From sequence record MW879341.1: a stretch of DNA of 64,000 nucleotides; one strand, 5' to 3'. Under the pieces are notes generated by a model. That model saw only the letters and a program-made list of their open reading frames with translations. It was not told where the DNA came from and searched no databases. The position numbers and the translations under genes are program-made. Within the stretch, counting starts at the first letter, position 1; each line of letters starts with the position of its first letter. Positions 9,093 through 19,737 of the stretch are shown one piece after another.

Positions 9093-10805
9093 ATGGTAGA
9101 TAATGTTCAGTATCCACCGATTGGTACCTTAGACCCCAACACGGATACTATCCCGGAACGTGATGCCGAACGTGGTTATCGTTTCTGGCATATTCGTGAG
9201 CGGTACACGGGACCAAAGGGGAAAGGTAAATACGTACCGAATGTGGACGACACGTTCATCGACTACGACAACGGTCTTTACCGTGTGTTAGAAGTCGACT
9301 ACACAACGGGTCAGTCACGCATTGCTCTGTGGCACGCTCCTGCTGCGGTCACCGACGGTACTGACTACGATAAGATCTTGGGTGCAGGTCCTGGCTTGTT
9401 CCAGTCTGAATCACAGCGTATCTATTTCAATGGTGCAGTAATGCCGCACACGTTGAACATCGATCGCCAGCTTTACGTCTACGGTCGTGAAGTGAAGTCC
9501 TGTAAGATCTTCCGTGGTTACGAAATCGGTGAAACCTTAGGGACTGTCATTGGTCTGTGGTTTGATGCCAACGGAACAGGTAAGACGGAGAATATCCCGT
9601 TACAACTGGTTGGTACCAACGACATCACCAATGTCAGCATTCAGACACCACTGCAAGCCTACACCACCGTGACCCTTGAAGAAGGTGAGCCGTGTACTGT
9701 AGTGTTCTACGGTGAAGACGGTAGCGTACTGTCTAAGTCTGTTCTGTATACCTCAGTGACAACCTTCACACGTCCAATCGAGATGGCACAACGTGTCATT
9801 ACCGGTATCGAGTTGATCTCGCCTAACCTGGCTAAGAACGACGCGAGTATCGTAGAGGTTCCTCTGAACACCACAATCGGTGGATTGTTCGTGATGTGTC
9901 GTGTGCATTACAACGACAGCTATCAGGACTTCCCAATCGACGGTGTGAAAGTGAAACTCGACGGTATGGATCAGTACGTTGCGACTATCGACGGTGAGCG
10001 TATTCCGTTGGTGTTGACGTACATCCTCAGTGACGAAGAGTCGTCTGTGGTAGGCAGTGAGAACACCAAACGCTTCATTGCGAAAGCATACAGTGCACGT
10101 ACTGTTGCCGCCGAAGGTGCTTATAGTGTGAAACTCTTCCCGATTCCAGTATGGGTCGACGAATTCACCGGTTGGGAACTCGAATGGTATCTGTATAACG
10201 CAGACCGTAAGCGCGCCTACTATGCAACACCGTACGTTGAGTGGAATCCGAATACCCCGGCCTTCCGCCCACTGAAATACGGTATCGTGCAGGAACTGGG
10301 CGTCTCTGTTGAGTTGTCTAAGATTGACCCGACACTCAAAGCACACCGCCATACCCAAACCTTGGCGATCACCCTGATGGGTAACCCACTCACCAGTACC
10401 GTTCCGTGGCTGATTCGTTACAGTCAAGGTTCTGATGTTGAATACGGTAAGAACTTGTCTGCTGAGTTCACCTTCAACAAAGTGGGTAACTGGAGTCTGA
10501 ACATTGCTTCTGGCTTCACGTCACTGGATCTTTGGTTGGAAGCTGTCTTCTACAATACGCAACCTCTGTTCATTGCTGGTCAAGAACTGAAAGCGCCTAA
10601 ACCAACTCACTTCCGGTTGATCTTGAATGACATCATGATTGATTACCCGATTGCGAGCTGGAACAAAGTGTTGTCTGTGACTACCGGTATGAATGTAGGT
10701 GAGTCTGTGGTTGTACAGTTTATCCAGCGTCTGCCGAACACCGACCTTCAGTTGGGTTCCAGTCCGTTGGTTGTGCATCAGAACGGCGTTACCAAAACAA
10801 GCTAA
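9093..10805 (+). CDS. virion structural protein (phiKZ core block)
   Basis: 570 aa, beta-rich, KYVPNVDD motif, immediately upstream of terminase. Confidence 0.7.
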   Translation: MVDNVQYPPIGTLDPNTDTIPERDAERGYRFWHIRERYTGPKGKGKYVPNVDDTFIDYDNGLYRVLEVDYTTGQSRIALWHAPAAVTDGTDYDKILGAGPGLFQSESQRIYFNGAVMPHTLNIDRQLYVYGREVKSCKIFRGYEIGETLGTVIGLWFDANGTGKTENIPLQLVGTNDITNVSIQTPLQAYTTVTLEEGEPCTVVFYGEDGSVLSKSVLYTSVTTFTRPIEMAQRVITGIELISPNLAKNDASIVEVPLNTTIGGLFVMCRVHYNDSYQDFPIDGVKVKLDGMDQYVATIDGERIPLVLTYILSDEESSVVGSENTKRFIAKAYSARTVAAEGAYSVKLFPIPVWVDEFTGWELEWYLYNADRKRAYYATPYVEWNPNTPAFRPLKYGIVQELGVSVELSKIDPTLKAHRHTQTLAITLMGNPLTSTVPWLIRYSQGSDVEYGKNLSAEFTFNKVGNWSLNIASGFTSLDLWLEAVFYNTQPLFIAGQELKAPKPTHFRLILNDIMIDYPIASWNKVLSVTTGMNVGESVVVQFIQRLPNTDLQLGSSPLVVHQNGVTKTS

Positions 10806-10812
10806 GCCGTAC

Positions 10813-10834
10813 GTGGTGGGGGAAACCCCACCAC
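10813..10834 (+). terminator. GNRA-loop hairpin without a U-tract
   Basis: GTGGTGGGG-GAAA-CCCCACCAC between the virion gene and terminase. Confidence 0.5.
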
Positions 10835-10873
10835 TGTCGGTCACTATGGGACAATGTGCCCGACGGAGTTTAA

Positions 10874-12994
10874 ATGATCCTCTTTCAACAAGACTGGCAC
10901 ATGTACCCTACGGCGACACCGCATTGGGAAACATCTAACCAGTCGTTCCTCGATATGGCAGCAACGTATAAGGCCATGGGCGTTAAGAACTGTCTGTTCA
11001 TGCTTTCTTTATTACAGCCAGAACTACGCTACGTTGACCCGTTTGCAAAAGACCTATCTCAGGATATCAAAAACAAGATTGCCGTGGAGTGTCGTTATAA
11101 CCCATGGTATTACTATCGTGAAATCGTACGCTTTGAAGCTGGTTCGGTACCACGCCGCTTTGTGGCTAACCGTGCCAACATCAGTCTGATCTGGAGCTTC
11201 TATAACCACATCGACTACATGTTGATTCAGCCCCGTCAGACCGGTAAGTCAGGTTCGTCAGATACCATCAGTATCAACCTGATGTACTTCACGATGTATA
11301 AAGGTAAGATCTACCTGATTACAAAGGATGACGCCCTGCGTCGTTCGAACATTGACCGTCTGAAAGCTATCCGTGACTTACTGCCGTCTTACCTCTGGGT
11401 GAAAGACCGCTTAGATGCCGATAACCAATCAGAACTAACTTACAACCTGTTAGGTAATGCTTACGTAACGGGGGTAGCACAGAAAACAGAGTCGGGGGCT
11501 CTTAACCTGGGGCGTGGATCTACGTGTCAGGTAACGCACATCGATGAGGTTCCCTTCTGTGCCAACATAGACATCACCATACCCGCTGCGCTGGCAGCAG
11601 GTACGATGGCGCGTCAAATTGCTCGTGAGAATGATCAACCGTTTTCAAACATCTTTACAACAACTGCTGGTAAGAAAGATACCCGTGAAGGTGCTTACGT
11701 CTACGAGATGCTGACAGACGCTGCTGTCTTTGACGAATCGTTCTATGACGTAAAAGATCAGCAAGTCCTGCGTCAAGTCCTTGAGAAGAAGATCGGGAAG
11801 AAAGGTGCCCGTCTGATGATCAACGGAACGTGGAGCTATCGTCAGTTAGGATTAGACGAAGAGTGGCTGCGTGAAGCACTGCGAAACTCCGGTGCAAAAG
11901 GTGAAGAGGCGGACCGTGACTTCTTCAACCGCTGGACAGCAGGTAGCCTGCGTTCACCACTGACAACTGACCTCAACGAAATCATCCGTAGCTCTGAACG
12001 TGAACCGTTGTGGACTGAGTACCACAAGGACGGCTATGGTATTGGCTGGCATATCCCGAAAGACAAGCATGAGAAGTACATGGAGGGTGCGCACCTTATC
12101 CTCGGTATGGATACCTCAGAAGCTATCGGTCGAGATGCCATCGGTTTAGTGTTCACCGATATTCGTGACATGGGGGTAGTGGGTGCAGGACGGTGTAATG
12201 AAACGAACCTGATTAAGTTCGCTGACTACATTGCAGAGTTACTCGTCAAGTATCCAAATGTCACACTGAACATCGAGCGTAAGTCAACCGCACAAACGAT
12301 TATCGACACACTGTTGTTGCGTCTCCCTATGGCAGGTATCGATCCATTCAAACGTATCTTTAACTGGGTGGTCGAAGAAGCACAGGTTGACAAAAACTAC
12401 AGCGCGATGATCAACACGCCGCTGCGTGCTCGTGGTAACTATTTCTACGACGACATCCGTTCTAAGTTTGGCTTCGTGACAACTGCTGACTCACGTCTGA
12501 CACTGTTTACTGAAGTCTTACAAGAAGCTGCGAAACGTTCTGGTAAATACTGCCGCGATAAACTGCTGGTTGGTGAGATTACCTCACTCGTTGTTAAGAA
12601 CGGACGTATTGACCACAAAGCTTCAGGACACGATGACATGGTAATCAGTTGGCTGCTCTGCTTCTGGTTGGTCATGAAAGGTTCCAACCTTGCACATTAC
12701 GGGATTCCTCGTGGTGCGATTATGTCTCGTAGTTTGGGTGATGCTGCTACACCAGAAGAACGACGTGCTGCACTGGAGCAAGAGCTCCAGAAGCAATATC
12801 GTGAAGAGTTAGATGCCTTAGTGGATGAGTTAAAAAATACTACGAACATGTATGTTGTAAGTAAACTCGAACACAAGCTTAATGTTTTAACTGGTCGAAT
12901 CAAATCGATGGGTGGTGAAAGCTTCTCACTGAACGAACTGTTAGAAGACATCAAAGACTCTCGTTCCAAAGGTATCCGAATGAAACGATTCTAA
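10874..12994 (+). CDS. terL: terminase large subunit
   Basis: Walker A PRQTGKS, Walker B HIDE, RNase H-like nuclease LGMDTSE...HDDMVISW; uninterrupted 706 aa. Confidence 0.93.
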   Translation: MILFQQDWHMYPTATPHWETSNQSFLDMAATYKAMGVKNCLFMLSLLQPELRYVDPFAKDLSQDIKNKIAVECRYNPWYYYREIVRFEAGSVPRRFVANRANISLIWSFYNHIDYMLIQPRQTGKSGSSDTISINLMYFTMYKGKIYLITKDDALRRSNIDRLKAIRDLLPSYLWVKDRLDADNQSELTYNLLGNAYVTGVAQKTESGALNLGRGSTCQVTHIDEVPFCANIDITIPAALAAGTMARQIARENDQPFSNIFTTTAGKKDTREGAYVYEMLTDAAVFDESFYDVKDQQVLRQVLEKKIGKKGARLMINGTWSYRQLGLDEEWLREALRNSGAKGEEADRDFFNRWTAGSLRSPLTTDLNEIIRSSEREPLWTEYHKDGYGIGWHIPKDKHEKYMEGAHLILGMDTSEAIGRDAIGLVFTDIRDMGVVGAGRCNETNLIKFADYIAELLVKYPNVTLNIERKSTAQTIIDTLLLRLPMAGIDPFKRIFNWVVEEAQVDKNYSAMINTPLRARGNYFYDDIRSKFGFVTTADSRLTLFTEVLQEAAKRSGKYCRDKLLVGEITSLVVKNGRIDHKASGHDDMVISWLLCFWLVMKGSNLAHYGIPRGAIMSRSLGDAATPEERRAALEQELQKQYREELDALVDELKNTTNMYVVSKLEHKLNVLTGRIKSMGGESFSLNELLEDIKDSRSKGIRMKRF

Positions 12995-13100
12995 TCCATT
13001 CATGCTCCAACAGCATAAACCCCTAGCCTTTGGTTTTTGGTTCAGAATATAAGTAAGGCGAGTATTTATTTACTCGCCCCTTAACAATGAGGTAATTAAC

Positions 13101-13496
13101 GTGGTAACTCGCAGTGATGTAATGAAAGCAATGTTAGCAGCGGTCATGCCGACGACTAGCACAACCGAGGACACCTACGTTCCTTTACCTAACGCTATCC
13201 CAAAACGTGTCAATATCGAAACCTTCGCTAAGACGCATGGGAAGCCTGTGGTGGTGTTCTGCTTAGAAGGCACAGTGACATTGGGGAAAGGACGATTCGC
13301 TGTTCAGAAGCAAGCACAGAAGCTCTGGTACTGTGATGCTGAGTTCCACACGCAGGAGAACGGTATTCGACGTCAACGTTTGGTCGCCAACCCAGCAATT
13401 ATGTGGCCTACTGTTGTAGTGGGTCAATCGGCAGAGCGAGCGTTGAAGCGGTTTATCTCCAGTTTAGCACGCTCAGGAGTTCCCGTGATGCGTTAA
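13101..13496 (+). CDS. hypothetical protein
   Basis: 131-aa ORF, GAGG RBS, GTG start. Confidence 0.65.
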   Translation: MVTRSDVMKAMLAAVMPTTSTTEDTYVPLPNAIPKRVNIETFAKTHGKPVVVFCLEGTVTLGKGRFAVQKQAQKLWYCDAEFHTQENGIRRQRLVANPAIMWPTVVVGQSAERALKRFISSLARSGVPVMR

Positions 13497-13524
13497 TCTC
13501 TGCCTCCATTGAGGAGGTCGAGTC

Positions 13525-13896
13525 GTGTTGAGGGCACTCTTTAGTAAATTAAAATTACTGTACGAAATAGTACGAGCGACAATACGCAGAAAACGATTAC
13601 CGGTGGTGTTGTATCGGTCTGACGTGCGTTTTCTGCACAGCGTTCGGTTTCTTGGTCAGGACACTCCTGTGGTGGTCACCCTCGTCTGTTACAGACACGA
13701 GTATTATCACCATACTGGGCGTTTGTATAAACCATCCGGTATCTACAAGGACTGGGTAATGTGTTATCAAGATCCAACTACGCCCACTGTGTTAGAGTTA
13801 GAGCCTGTTGTCTATCCTAACGCGCACAATTTCAATGCAATTATTAACCACTATGTAGACTACTTGGGAACAACCTCCCTAAAGGAGTCTAGATGA
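13525..13896 (+). CDS. hypothetical protein
   Basis: 123-aa ORF, GAGGAGG RBS. Confidence 0.65.
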   Translation: MLRALFSKLKLLYEIVRATIRRKRLPVVLYRSDVRFLHSVRFLGQDTPVVVTLVCYRHEYYHHTGRLYKPSGIYKDWVMCYQDPTTPTVLELEPVVYPNAHNFNAIINHYVDYLGTTSLKESR

Positions 13897-13910
13897 GCTA
13901 GGAGGTAGCG

Positions 13911-14534
13911 ATGGACCAGTTCCCATATAACGACTTCGTTAGTATTCCGGTACCCGATGCTCTGAAAGCGGTGGCGGGTGGGTCACAGACGAGTCGTATC
14001 AAAAATACACCGTATCCTGAGGTCTTCCACACTGTCCCTGGTGGTTCAGGAGAGAGTATGAACATCGATCGACAGTTACTGGACGCATGCGACATTGTCG
14101 TTGGCCCAGCAATCTCATTAGCACACGGTTCTGAGCGTAGCCGAGTGTTAACCCTTTCACCCTTTGCTGTACCAATGGAACATGGTATTGCACTATTGAA
14201 GACGCCAGCTGGTACTGCCGTGTTCCACGGGTTGAGCCTTTCAAGCTTAACTGTTGGCATACCACAGTACGTGATGGAATACCTCCAAGGTCGACTGAAG
14301 CGAGAACATAGCGATGGGTGGAATGTCATTGCTTACGACTTATCGTTGACCATTGTGCGAGACAGCCATTGTTGGGTAGCGAGATTAGGGCAACGTAATT
14401 TGTGTGAGTTCCAGGTTGAGCATATTAACGGCTTAGCCACACCGGTCGCTATTCAACTGGTGGATGACTTTGGTGTCTGTAATGTGGACGGGTTTACCGC
14501 ACACCTGGCTGCTTTGATTGCACGCGGTCTGTAA
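13911..14534 (+). CDS. hypothetical protein
   Basis: 207-aa ORF, AGGAGG RBS, hairpin after the stop. Confidence 0.75.
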   Translation: MDQFPYNDFVSIPVPDALKAVAGGSQTSRIKNTPYPEVFHTVPGGSGESMNIDRQLLDACDIVVGPAISLAHGSERSRVLTLSPFAVPMEHGIALLKTPAGTAVFHGLSLSSLTVGIPQYVMEYLQGRLKREHSDGWNVIAYDLSLTIVRDSHCWVARLGQRNLCEFQVEHINGLATPVAIQLVDDFGVCNVDGFTAHLAALIARGL

Positions 14535-14538
14535 TATG

Positions 14539-14570
14539 AGCCTCCCTATCGTGGGAGGCTTATTATGCCC
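14539..14570 (+). terminator. hairpin followed by TTATGCCC
   Basis: AGCCTCCCTA-TCG-TGGGAGGCT-TATTATGCCC. Confidence 0.7.
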
Positions 14571-14578
14571 CATTCCAA

Positions 14579-14600
14579 TTTCAGATATATATTATCTCCG
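14579..14600 (+). promoter_or_regulatory. early-promoter-like motif
   Basis: TTTCAGATATATATTATCTCCG; its last 18 nt are identical to 26482..26499. Confidence 0.65.
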
Positions 14601-14624
14601 TGCTAACTGAAAAGGAGTACAAGA

Positions 14625-15134
14625 ATGAACTTATTCCAAAACTGGAAACAGTGCGTTGAAACGCCTGGCTTCCTTAAACGTGAAGGTAATGTTTGGACCA
14701 ACCCACTAGGAGAGGTTGTTGTGTCCATGGAGAAACCAGAGTGTCCGACTGGTTATAAGCAATGGGCTTTAGTTGCGTTTTATCGAGAGGGATACGAAGG
14801 AGATTTAATCTACTCGCTCCAAGCTTGCGTCCTTGACGAAAGTGTGGGTGAACTGAGTGACCAGTTAGCGACTGTCCTCAAATTAGACTTACCTAAGAAT
14901 ATCGCAGTTGACGTATATGTGGTGGGTGAGTTTGGCATCGAGGACTCGGGAGAGGGTTCACTTTATTTAATTGTAGGTGACACCGAAATTGCTGAACTGT
15001 GGGTTGACCCGGATAGCAAGTACGGTTTTGATAGTGACCTACTGGACGGACCCTCGTTAGACTACCTGTATAATGCAGTTGGGAGTATAACGGATGTTAA
15101 CAGCCCTGAACGATCGCAAACCGGTTGGAAATGA
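14625..15134 (+). CDS. hypothetical acidic protein
   Basis: 169 aa, AAGGAG RBS. Confidence 0.75.
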   Translation: MNLFQNWKQCVETPGFLKREGNVWTNPLGEVVVSMEKPECPTGYKQWALVAFYREGYEGDLIYSLQACVLDESVGELSDQLATVLKLDLPKNIAVDVYVVGEFGIEDSGEGSLYLIVGDTEIAELWVDPDSKYGFDSDLLDGPSLDYLYNAVGSITDVNSPERSQTGWK

Positions 15135-15477
15135 AACACTTGGTATAGTCGATAGTTTCATCATCGATACTATCGTTGGTAATACGCTTTACAGTTCTGA
15201 CGGTGTCAGTATGACACTGAGTGATATTGGTGCAGCAAAGTTAAGGCCAGAGGTTGGAAGTCGCTACTATCTGTTTTCAGGTGGTTTGATTGGCATTCTC
15301 TCAGCTGATGACATTGACGCCGAGCGTACCTTAAATGAGAAAGCACGTTATATTCGTGCTCACGTAGCAGCAAGGCGTAGTGCAATTGAGAGCAAGTATT
15401 GGATTAGGGTTATTCAAGAAGGTGACCTGCATCACTGGTTACCAGCATACCCACTATCTGTGTTACAAATGTCGTAG
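15094..15477 (+). CDS. hypothetical protein
   Basis: 127-aa ORF overlapping the previous gene; start uncertain. Confidence 0.6.
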   Translation: MLTALNDRKPVGNETLGIVDSFIIDTIVGNTLYSSDGVSMTLSDIGAAKLRPEVGSRYYLFSGGLIGILSADDIDAERTLNEKARYIRAHVAARRSAIESKYWIRVIQEGDLHHWLPAYPLSVLQMS

Positions 15478-15483
15478 CGCACA

Positions 15484-15543
15484 CCAACCCCCAGCTCCCC
15501 GCAAAGGGACGCTGAGGGTTGGCTAGCGTGACTTTTCTTTTTA
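15484..15543. terminator. bidirectional terminator
   Basis: Long interrupted stem CCAACCC...GGGTTGG with a GCAA-containing loop and a T-run, between convergent genes. Confidence 0.7.
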
Positions 15544-15545
15544 TG

Positions 15546-16769
15546 TCAGAAATGGTCGCGGGTTAACGTACGCAGTACGATGTACAGTAGCATAGCTCCA
15601 CGTTCAGGAGCCACGACAGCAGACGACCTGCCTGGTGGTAAGATACTGCGAATCAGTTCATCACCAATACGACGCATCTCCAGTACAGCAGGTGAGCTTT
15701 CACGAGAAGCCATATAGGACTTCTTGAGAGTGTCAATCAACAGTGGGAAATCGTTCGTCTTGATGCGCTTCTTAACCATAGTGTCGAATGCATGCAGGAG
15801 TGTCTCTGATGCCATCTTCTCATAGTCAGGATGTTTAGCTGAACCGTAACCCTTAGAGAGTTCTTTCAGTGCAGATTCCACCAACCAATCGCGAGCGGTA
15901 GGCATCTTACCGTTAATGATCTTCAACAAGTCACGCCTAACAAATCCACGTTCGTCATTGATAATCTCAACCAGGTAATTCTGGTATTGTTTTACGGCAC
16001 TGGTCTTATCTTTTAGTACAATGCCTTCTTCGGTGTTGAACATTGCTGAGTCACTACCAATGCCCGTAGCACCTTTGTTGTGTAAGTCGTAGAACACGTT
16101 AGAGATGTTCTTAACTACACTACGCAGACGACCCTGGGTATCTGTAATCCAGTAAAGCACTTTGTCTAAAGGCTCATACTTAACGATCGTTGGTCGGTGT
16201 ATGCCCGTTTTAGAGAGCGTGTCTTCAGAACGGTCGGTGATTAATTTACCCCAGCTACCAGCAACGCGCAGGTCGAACTTACGGGACAGTGCGTTGTAGG
16301 TGGCCAATGACAGAGCCATGCTAGCCTTGTGTGGGTAATAGCGGTACATCAGACTGGACAGGAACTTATATTGGATCAAGTTCAATGCTGCCATCTGTGC
16401 TTCGTGTTTGAACTTCTCAGGTAAGTCCGCTGCGAACAGTAAATGTACACAGAACAACAGCGCGTGGTTCAATTCGTCATTACCACGAACCCCACCCACT
16501 TCGATACCTTTCACACCACGGATGGCCTTACGGAGTTCGATCTCGTCGAGTTCCCCGTTCAACACAACGTCGTAGAATGCATCAGTATCAGACGGCATCC
16601 ATCGTACGGTATAGATACCTACCAGTGCACCGCCAAAGAATGAAACGTGATCTGAGTTCTTATTGACGAATCCATAGGCGAAATCTATCATGCGTTGAGC
16701 AAACGCCTTATCGATAGTCACGCCTTTGAACTGGTCGTCGAGAACGCGCGTAAGCTCGTTAGCCATCAC
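15546..16769 (-). CDS. conserved phiKZ-family protein of unknown function
   Basis: 407-aa minus-strand gene; motifs FVNKNxDHxxFFGG, LSRKFDLRVAGSW and YIVLRT recalled from phiKZ-like core genes. Confidence 0.7.
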   Translation of the reverse strand: MMANELTRVLDDQFKGVTIDKAFAQRMIDFAYGFVNKNSDHVSFFGGALVGIYTVRWMPSDTDAFYDVVLNGELDEIELRKAIRGVKGIEVGGVRGNDELNHALLFCVHLLFAADLPEKFKHEAQMAALNLIQYKFLSSLMYRYYPHKASMALSLATYNALSRKFDLRVAGSWGKLITDRSEDTLSKTGIHRPTIVKYEPLDKVLYWITDTQGRLRSVVKNISNVFYDLHNKGATGIGSDSAMFNTEEGIVLKDKTSAVKQYQNYLVEIINDERGFVRRDLLKIINGKMPTARDWLVESALKELSKGYGSAKHPDYEKMASETLLHAFDTMVKKRIKTNDFPLLIDTLKKSYMASRESSPAVLEMRRIGDELIRSILPPGRSSAVVAPERGAMLLYIVLRTLTRDHF

Positions 16770-16792
16770 AGTGTCCCTAGTTGATCAATGAA

Positions 16793-16813
16793 TTTTGAAA
16801 TACATATTATTTC
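16793..16813 (+). promoter_or_regulatory. degenerate early-promoter-like motif
   Basis: TTTTGAAATACATATTATTTC at the head of a plus-strand block. Confidence 0.45.
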
Positions 16814-16844
16814 AGTGTATAACCTAACGTAAAGGATAACCACT

Positions 16845-17420
16845 ATGTACAATCTCTATTATAACCACTCGCGGAAAACCATGCGATTGGGTCAGTTTGC
16901 CCCACCGAAGAACATCAAGACCACCGTATTCGCTACAGGTGAATTACGCTTCCGCCGTAGTCTTGCCCAAGGTCACTACATTATCGATGTCGGTGATTTC
17001 AAAGACGCACTGTTCTTCTTGCCTACCGTGACCAGTAACAACTTAAACATTCGCGTGTGGTCTCCTACACTGGATGCCTTACCGCTGAGTGAGTATACGC
17101 AACCAATGCGTGCAGCACTGAAGTCTGTGTTGTATAGCGATGAACTTCGTAATCTGATTTGGGACTTCGTTGGTATCGGAGAAGCCGAACAATTCGAGAA
17201 TGCTGTGACCATCCGCACCATTCCAGTTGAAGCACCGTATAACGACGGTGGTGCGCCTTGGCGTCTGTGTGAAGCAACCATGCAACAGAACCGTACGTTC
17301 ATGTTGGCCTGTGATGCTCGACGCAGTATGTACAACATCACACGCTTAGCATTAACGCGTGATGGTGCCAACGTCAGCACTATTTTCCCGGAGCGTCATG
17401 ATACAAAAAGCGCAAGTTGA
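16845..17420 (+). CDS. hypothetical protein
   Basis: 191 aa, AAGGA RBS. Confidence 0.75.
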   Translation: MYNLYYNHSRKTMRLGQFAPPKNIKTTVFATGELRFRRSLAQGHYIIDVGDFKDALFFLPTVTSNNLNIRVWSPTLDALPLSEYTQPMRAALKSVLYSDELRNLIWDFVGIGEAEQFENAVTIRTIPVEAPYNDGGAPWRLCEATMQQNRTFMLACDARRSMYNITRLALTRDGANVSTIFPERHDTKSAS

Positions 17421-17616
17421 GCGAGCGATCGCAAACTACATCGAAGCAAAGAAGTCCAACACACTAGGTAGCGTACATACCGTTCGATTAGACAGTATTC
17501 TACGCTACCACAGATCCCTACTCGTTCCAGAAACAACGGAGCATTACACTATCACGGCGACTAACAAAGAAGCACGCGTGATTCTTGGTGATGAAACATT
17601 CACCTATAAACTTTAA
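17398..17616 (+). CDS. hypothetical protein
   Basis: ORF 17359..17616; GGAG RBS favours ATG at 17398. Confidence 0.6.
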   Translation: MIQKAQVERAIANYIEAKKSNTLGSVHTVRLDSILRYHRSLLVPETTEHYTITATNKEARVILGDETFTYKL

Positions 17617-17627
17617 GGAGTACCACC

Positions 17628-18002
17628 ATGATTACAGCACGCCAACATATCCCAACCCAGGCAGATCGTAAAGTATTGCACGTTTTTCCACTGCAAGATA
17701 AGAACCATGGTAAAGGTGGTCGGATTGAATACAGCGTAGATCGTCGCGCTGCTGAGTTTGTTCGCACTATCCGCGACATCAAAGCTGACCCGATGGTTAC
17801 GTCTACCACCACCACAAAAGAACTGTACGCAATGTATCCTAAGTTGCGTAAGTCGGCTCGTCCGATGTTGTGGAAAACCCTGCGCGATATCAACTGGGAC
17901 CTGGAGTATCCATTGGCCATGATTGGCTGCGTACTGTATCGTGAATCACCGAAGTCCAAAACCGCCTGCATCGATATCGGTAAAACTACCCTGAGGTTCT
18001 GA
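17628..18002 (+). CDS. hypothetical basic protein
   Basis: 124 aa, AAGGAG RBS. Confidence 0.75.
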   Translation: MITARQHIPTQADRKVLHVFPLQDKNHGKGGRIEYSVDRRAAEFVRTIRDIKADPMVTSTTTTKELYAMYPKLRKSARPMLWKTLRDINWDLEYPLAMIGCVLYRESPKSKTACIDIGKTTLRF

Positions 18003-18475
18003 TGTTTCAGTATCGCCACGTTAAAACGTCATCGCGTGAGTTCTTAGAGGCACGAGAGAACAATCGTGTCATACTGAAGTTAGATAAAACTTTCACGGTG
18101 AATAGTATTGTTGCACTGATTCAAACGAATGATGTGCTCACGGCGTTCTCTGTGGAGGACGGACATCGTTATAGCCCAAGTGAGTATACCACGGTAGCAG
18201 ATCACGTACGTAAGTGCGCTGCTGAACTCCCTGGTGGGAAGTTGGTATTGCTCGGACAGTTCTGGATTGCATTAAGCGGTATAAACGTCGCCATTGCAAA
18301 CATTACGCTGGGTGCGATGGGTGAGGATGGATTTCGATTCAGCAACGTGGGTCTGAAAAAGATCAACGCTGTTGGACTGAAAGTGAATAGTCTGGAACGC
18401 GTGCTTTCCAAACCCCTTTACGAGGAAATTGAAAGGTGGAAGACTTCAAACTTGAATACGGCTACAACGAACTGA
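18002..18475 (+). CDS. hypothetical protein
   Basis: 157 aa, TGATG coupling to the previous gene. Confidence 0.7.
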   Translation: MFQYRHVKTSSREFLEARENNRVILKLDKTFTVNSIVALIQTNDVLTAFSVEDGHRYSPSEYTTVADHVRKCAAELPGGKLVLLGQFWIALSGINVAIANITLGAMGEDGFRFSNVGLKKINAVGLKVNSLERVLSKPLYEEIERWKTSNLNTATTN

Positions 18476-19011
18476 TTGACTTGCATCGAATGCACGTCGA
18501 ATTCGATGTTCGTTTTACCGACTCAAACTTCAAGGACATACCGCTGACGGTAGTGCTGGGTAACGATATCCCAGATCCACTGTTCCGCATTGTCTTAGAA
18601 GACGGTACTGTAACCTTAGGGACGTACCGTGCAACAAACAACCGAATCAGACAAGCAATGCGTGTGGCGTGCTTTATGCGACCTGAAATTCTGAAGGGTG
18701 TGTTACTCAATCTGATTAACACGCAAATCTTGGGGTACTATCACTCTAAGGTTATCCCGGTAGAAACACAAGCCATCGCCGTGGACACCCATACGTGCCA
18801 CCGTATCCCTGAGTCTATGGGCATTGGTCTGTATGCCTTCGAGAAGGACGGTCAGCGCTCTCTGCTGCGTTATTCACAGCGAGATGAGAGTGTGGTAGCC
18901 GTTGACGATAACGTTCTGGAGATTACCCCAGAGACCGTTAAACAGGCCGAGGCTATTTTCATAGCGAGACTCACAGCTGCTCAGGAGGCGGGCTATGCTT
19001 TTTACTGTTAA
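18436..19011 (+). CDS. hypothetical protein
   Basis: 191 aa, GAGG RBS, GTG start. Confidence 0.7.
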   Translation: MEDFKLEYGYNELIDLHRMHVEFDVRFTDSNFKDIPLTVVLGNDIPDPLFRIVLEDGTVTLGTYRATNNRIRQAMRVACFMRPEILKGVLLNLINTQILGYYHSKVIPVETQAIAVDTHTCHRIPESMGIGLYAFEKDGQRSLLRYSQRDESVVAVDDNVLEITPETVKQAEAIFIARLTAAQEAGYAFYC

Positions 19012-19705
19012 GGACATTGAGGTTGCCGGTGCAACGGTAGGGGTGAGTGCTGACAAGACTACACGTCGTTACGCATTCACTATCAAATACACCACGCAAA
19101 GTACCCCACACAAAGATCGACACATGGGTGTTGATTTGATCCCGATGTTTAACACGTCTGAAGAAATTCAGTGGGTTGAGCAGTACGTATTGGTGGAAGG
19201 TGCTCGTAGTGGTTACTACGGTATCATCGGGCAAGACAACGTGAGTCTGAAGGCTTACCGCGTTGAACTTGTCAGTAAAGAACGCTGGGCTAACGGTGTA
19301 CACATGGGTAGTTTCCAACTCCCCGTTGCACGCGGCCTGCTGACTGAGAAGATTGGCGACGATCAAAGCGATGCTGCGAACTTCGCAGTGAGTGCTGTGG
19401 GTGACAAGTTTACCCGTGACCTGGTTGCCGCTTTCGCTCAGTTGGGTGCTAAGCAATTCCGTGCGTTGGATTCCGGCCTCTACCTGCTGTTCAATACAGT
19501 AGAGGACGAACACTTCAACCCGCACAACGTTACTGTCAACGAACGTACTGTAGCGATGTTCACGCAATTTGACACTGCGTTGAAATTCCGTCTGGCTGAA
19601 TCTCTGCTGGTGCCTTACGGTCTTTCAGTTGATACTACCAATGGTGTTACTTACTTGGATGAAGCAGGTAACACACTCGTACCAAACTTCTTCAGCTGGC
19701 TGTAA
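18995..19705 (+). CDS. hypothetical protein
   Basis: 236 aa, GGAGG RBS. Confidence 0.75.
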   Translation: MLFTVKDIEVAGATVGVSADKTTRRYAFTIKYTTQSTPHKDRHMGVDLIPMFNTSEEIQWVEQYVLVEGARSGYYGIIGQDNVSLKAYRVELVSKERWANGVHMGSFQLPVARGLLTEKIGDDQSDAANFAVSAVGDKFTRDLVAAFAQLGAKQFRALDSGLYLLFNTVEDEHFNPHNVTVNERTVAMFTQFDTALKFRLAESLLVPYGLSVDTTNGVTYLDEAGNTLVPNFFSWL

Positions 19706-19737
19706 GTCGGCTTAACTGCGCTATTAAGGAATCTCCT

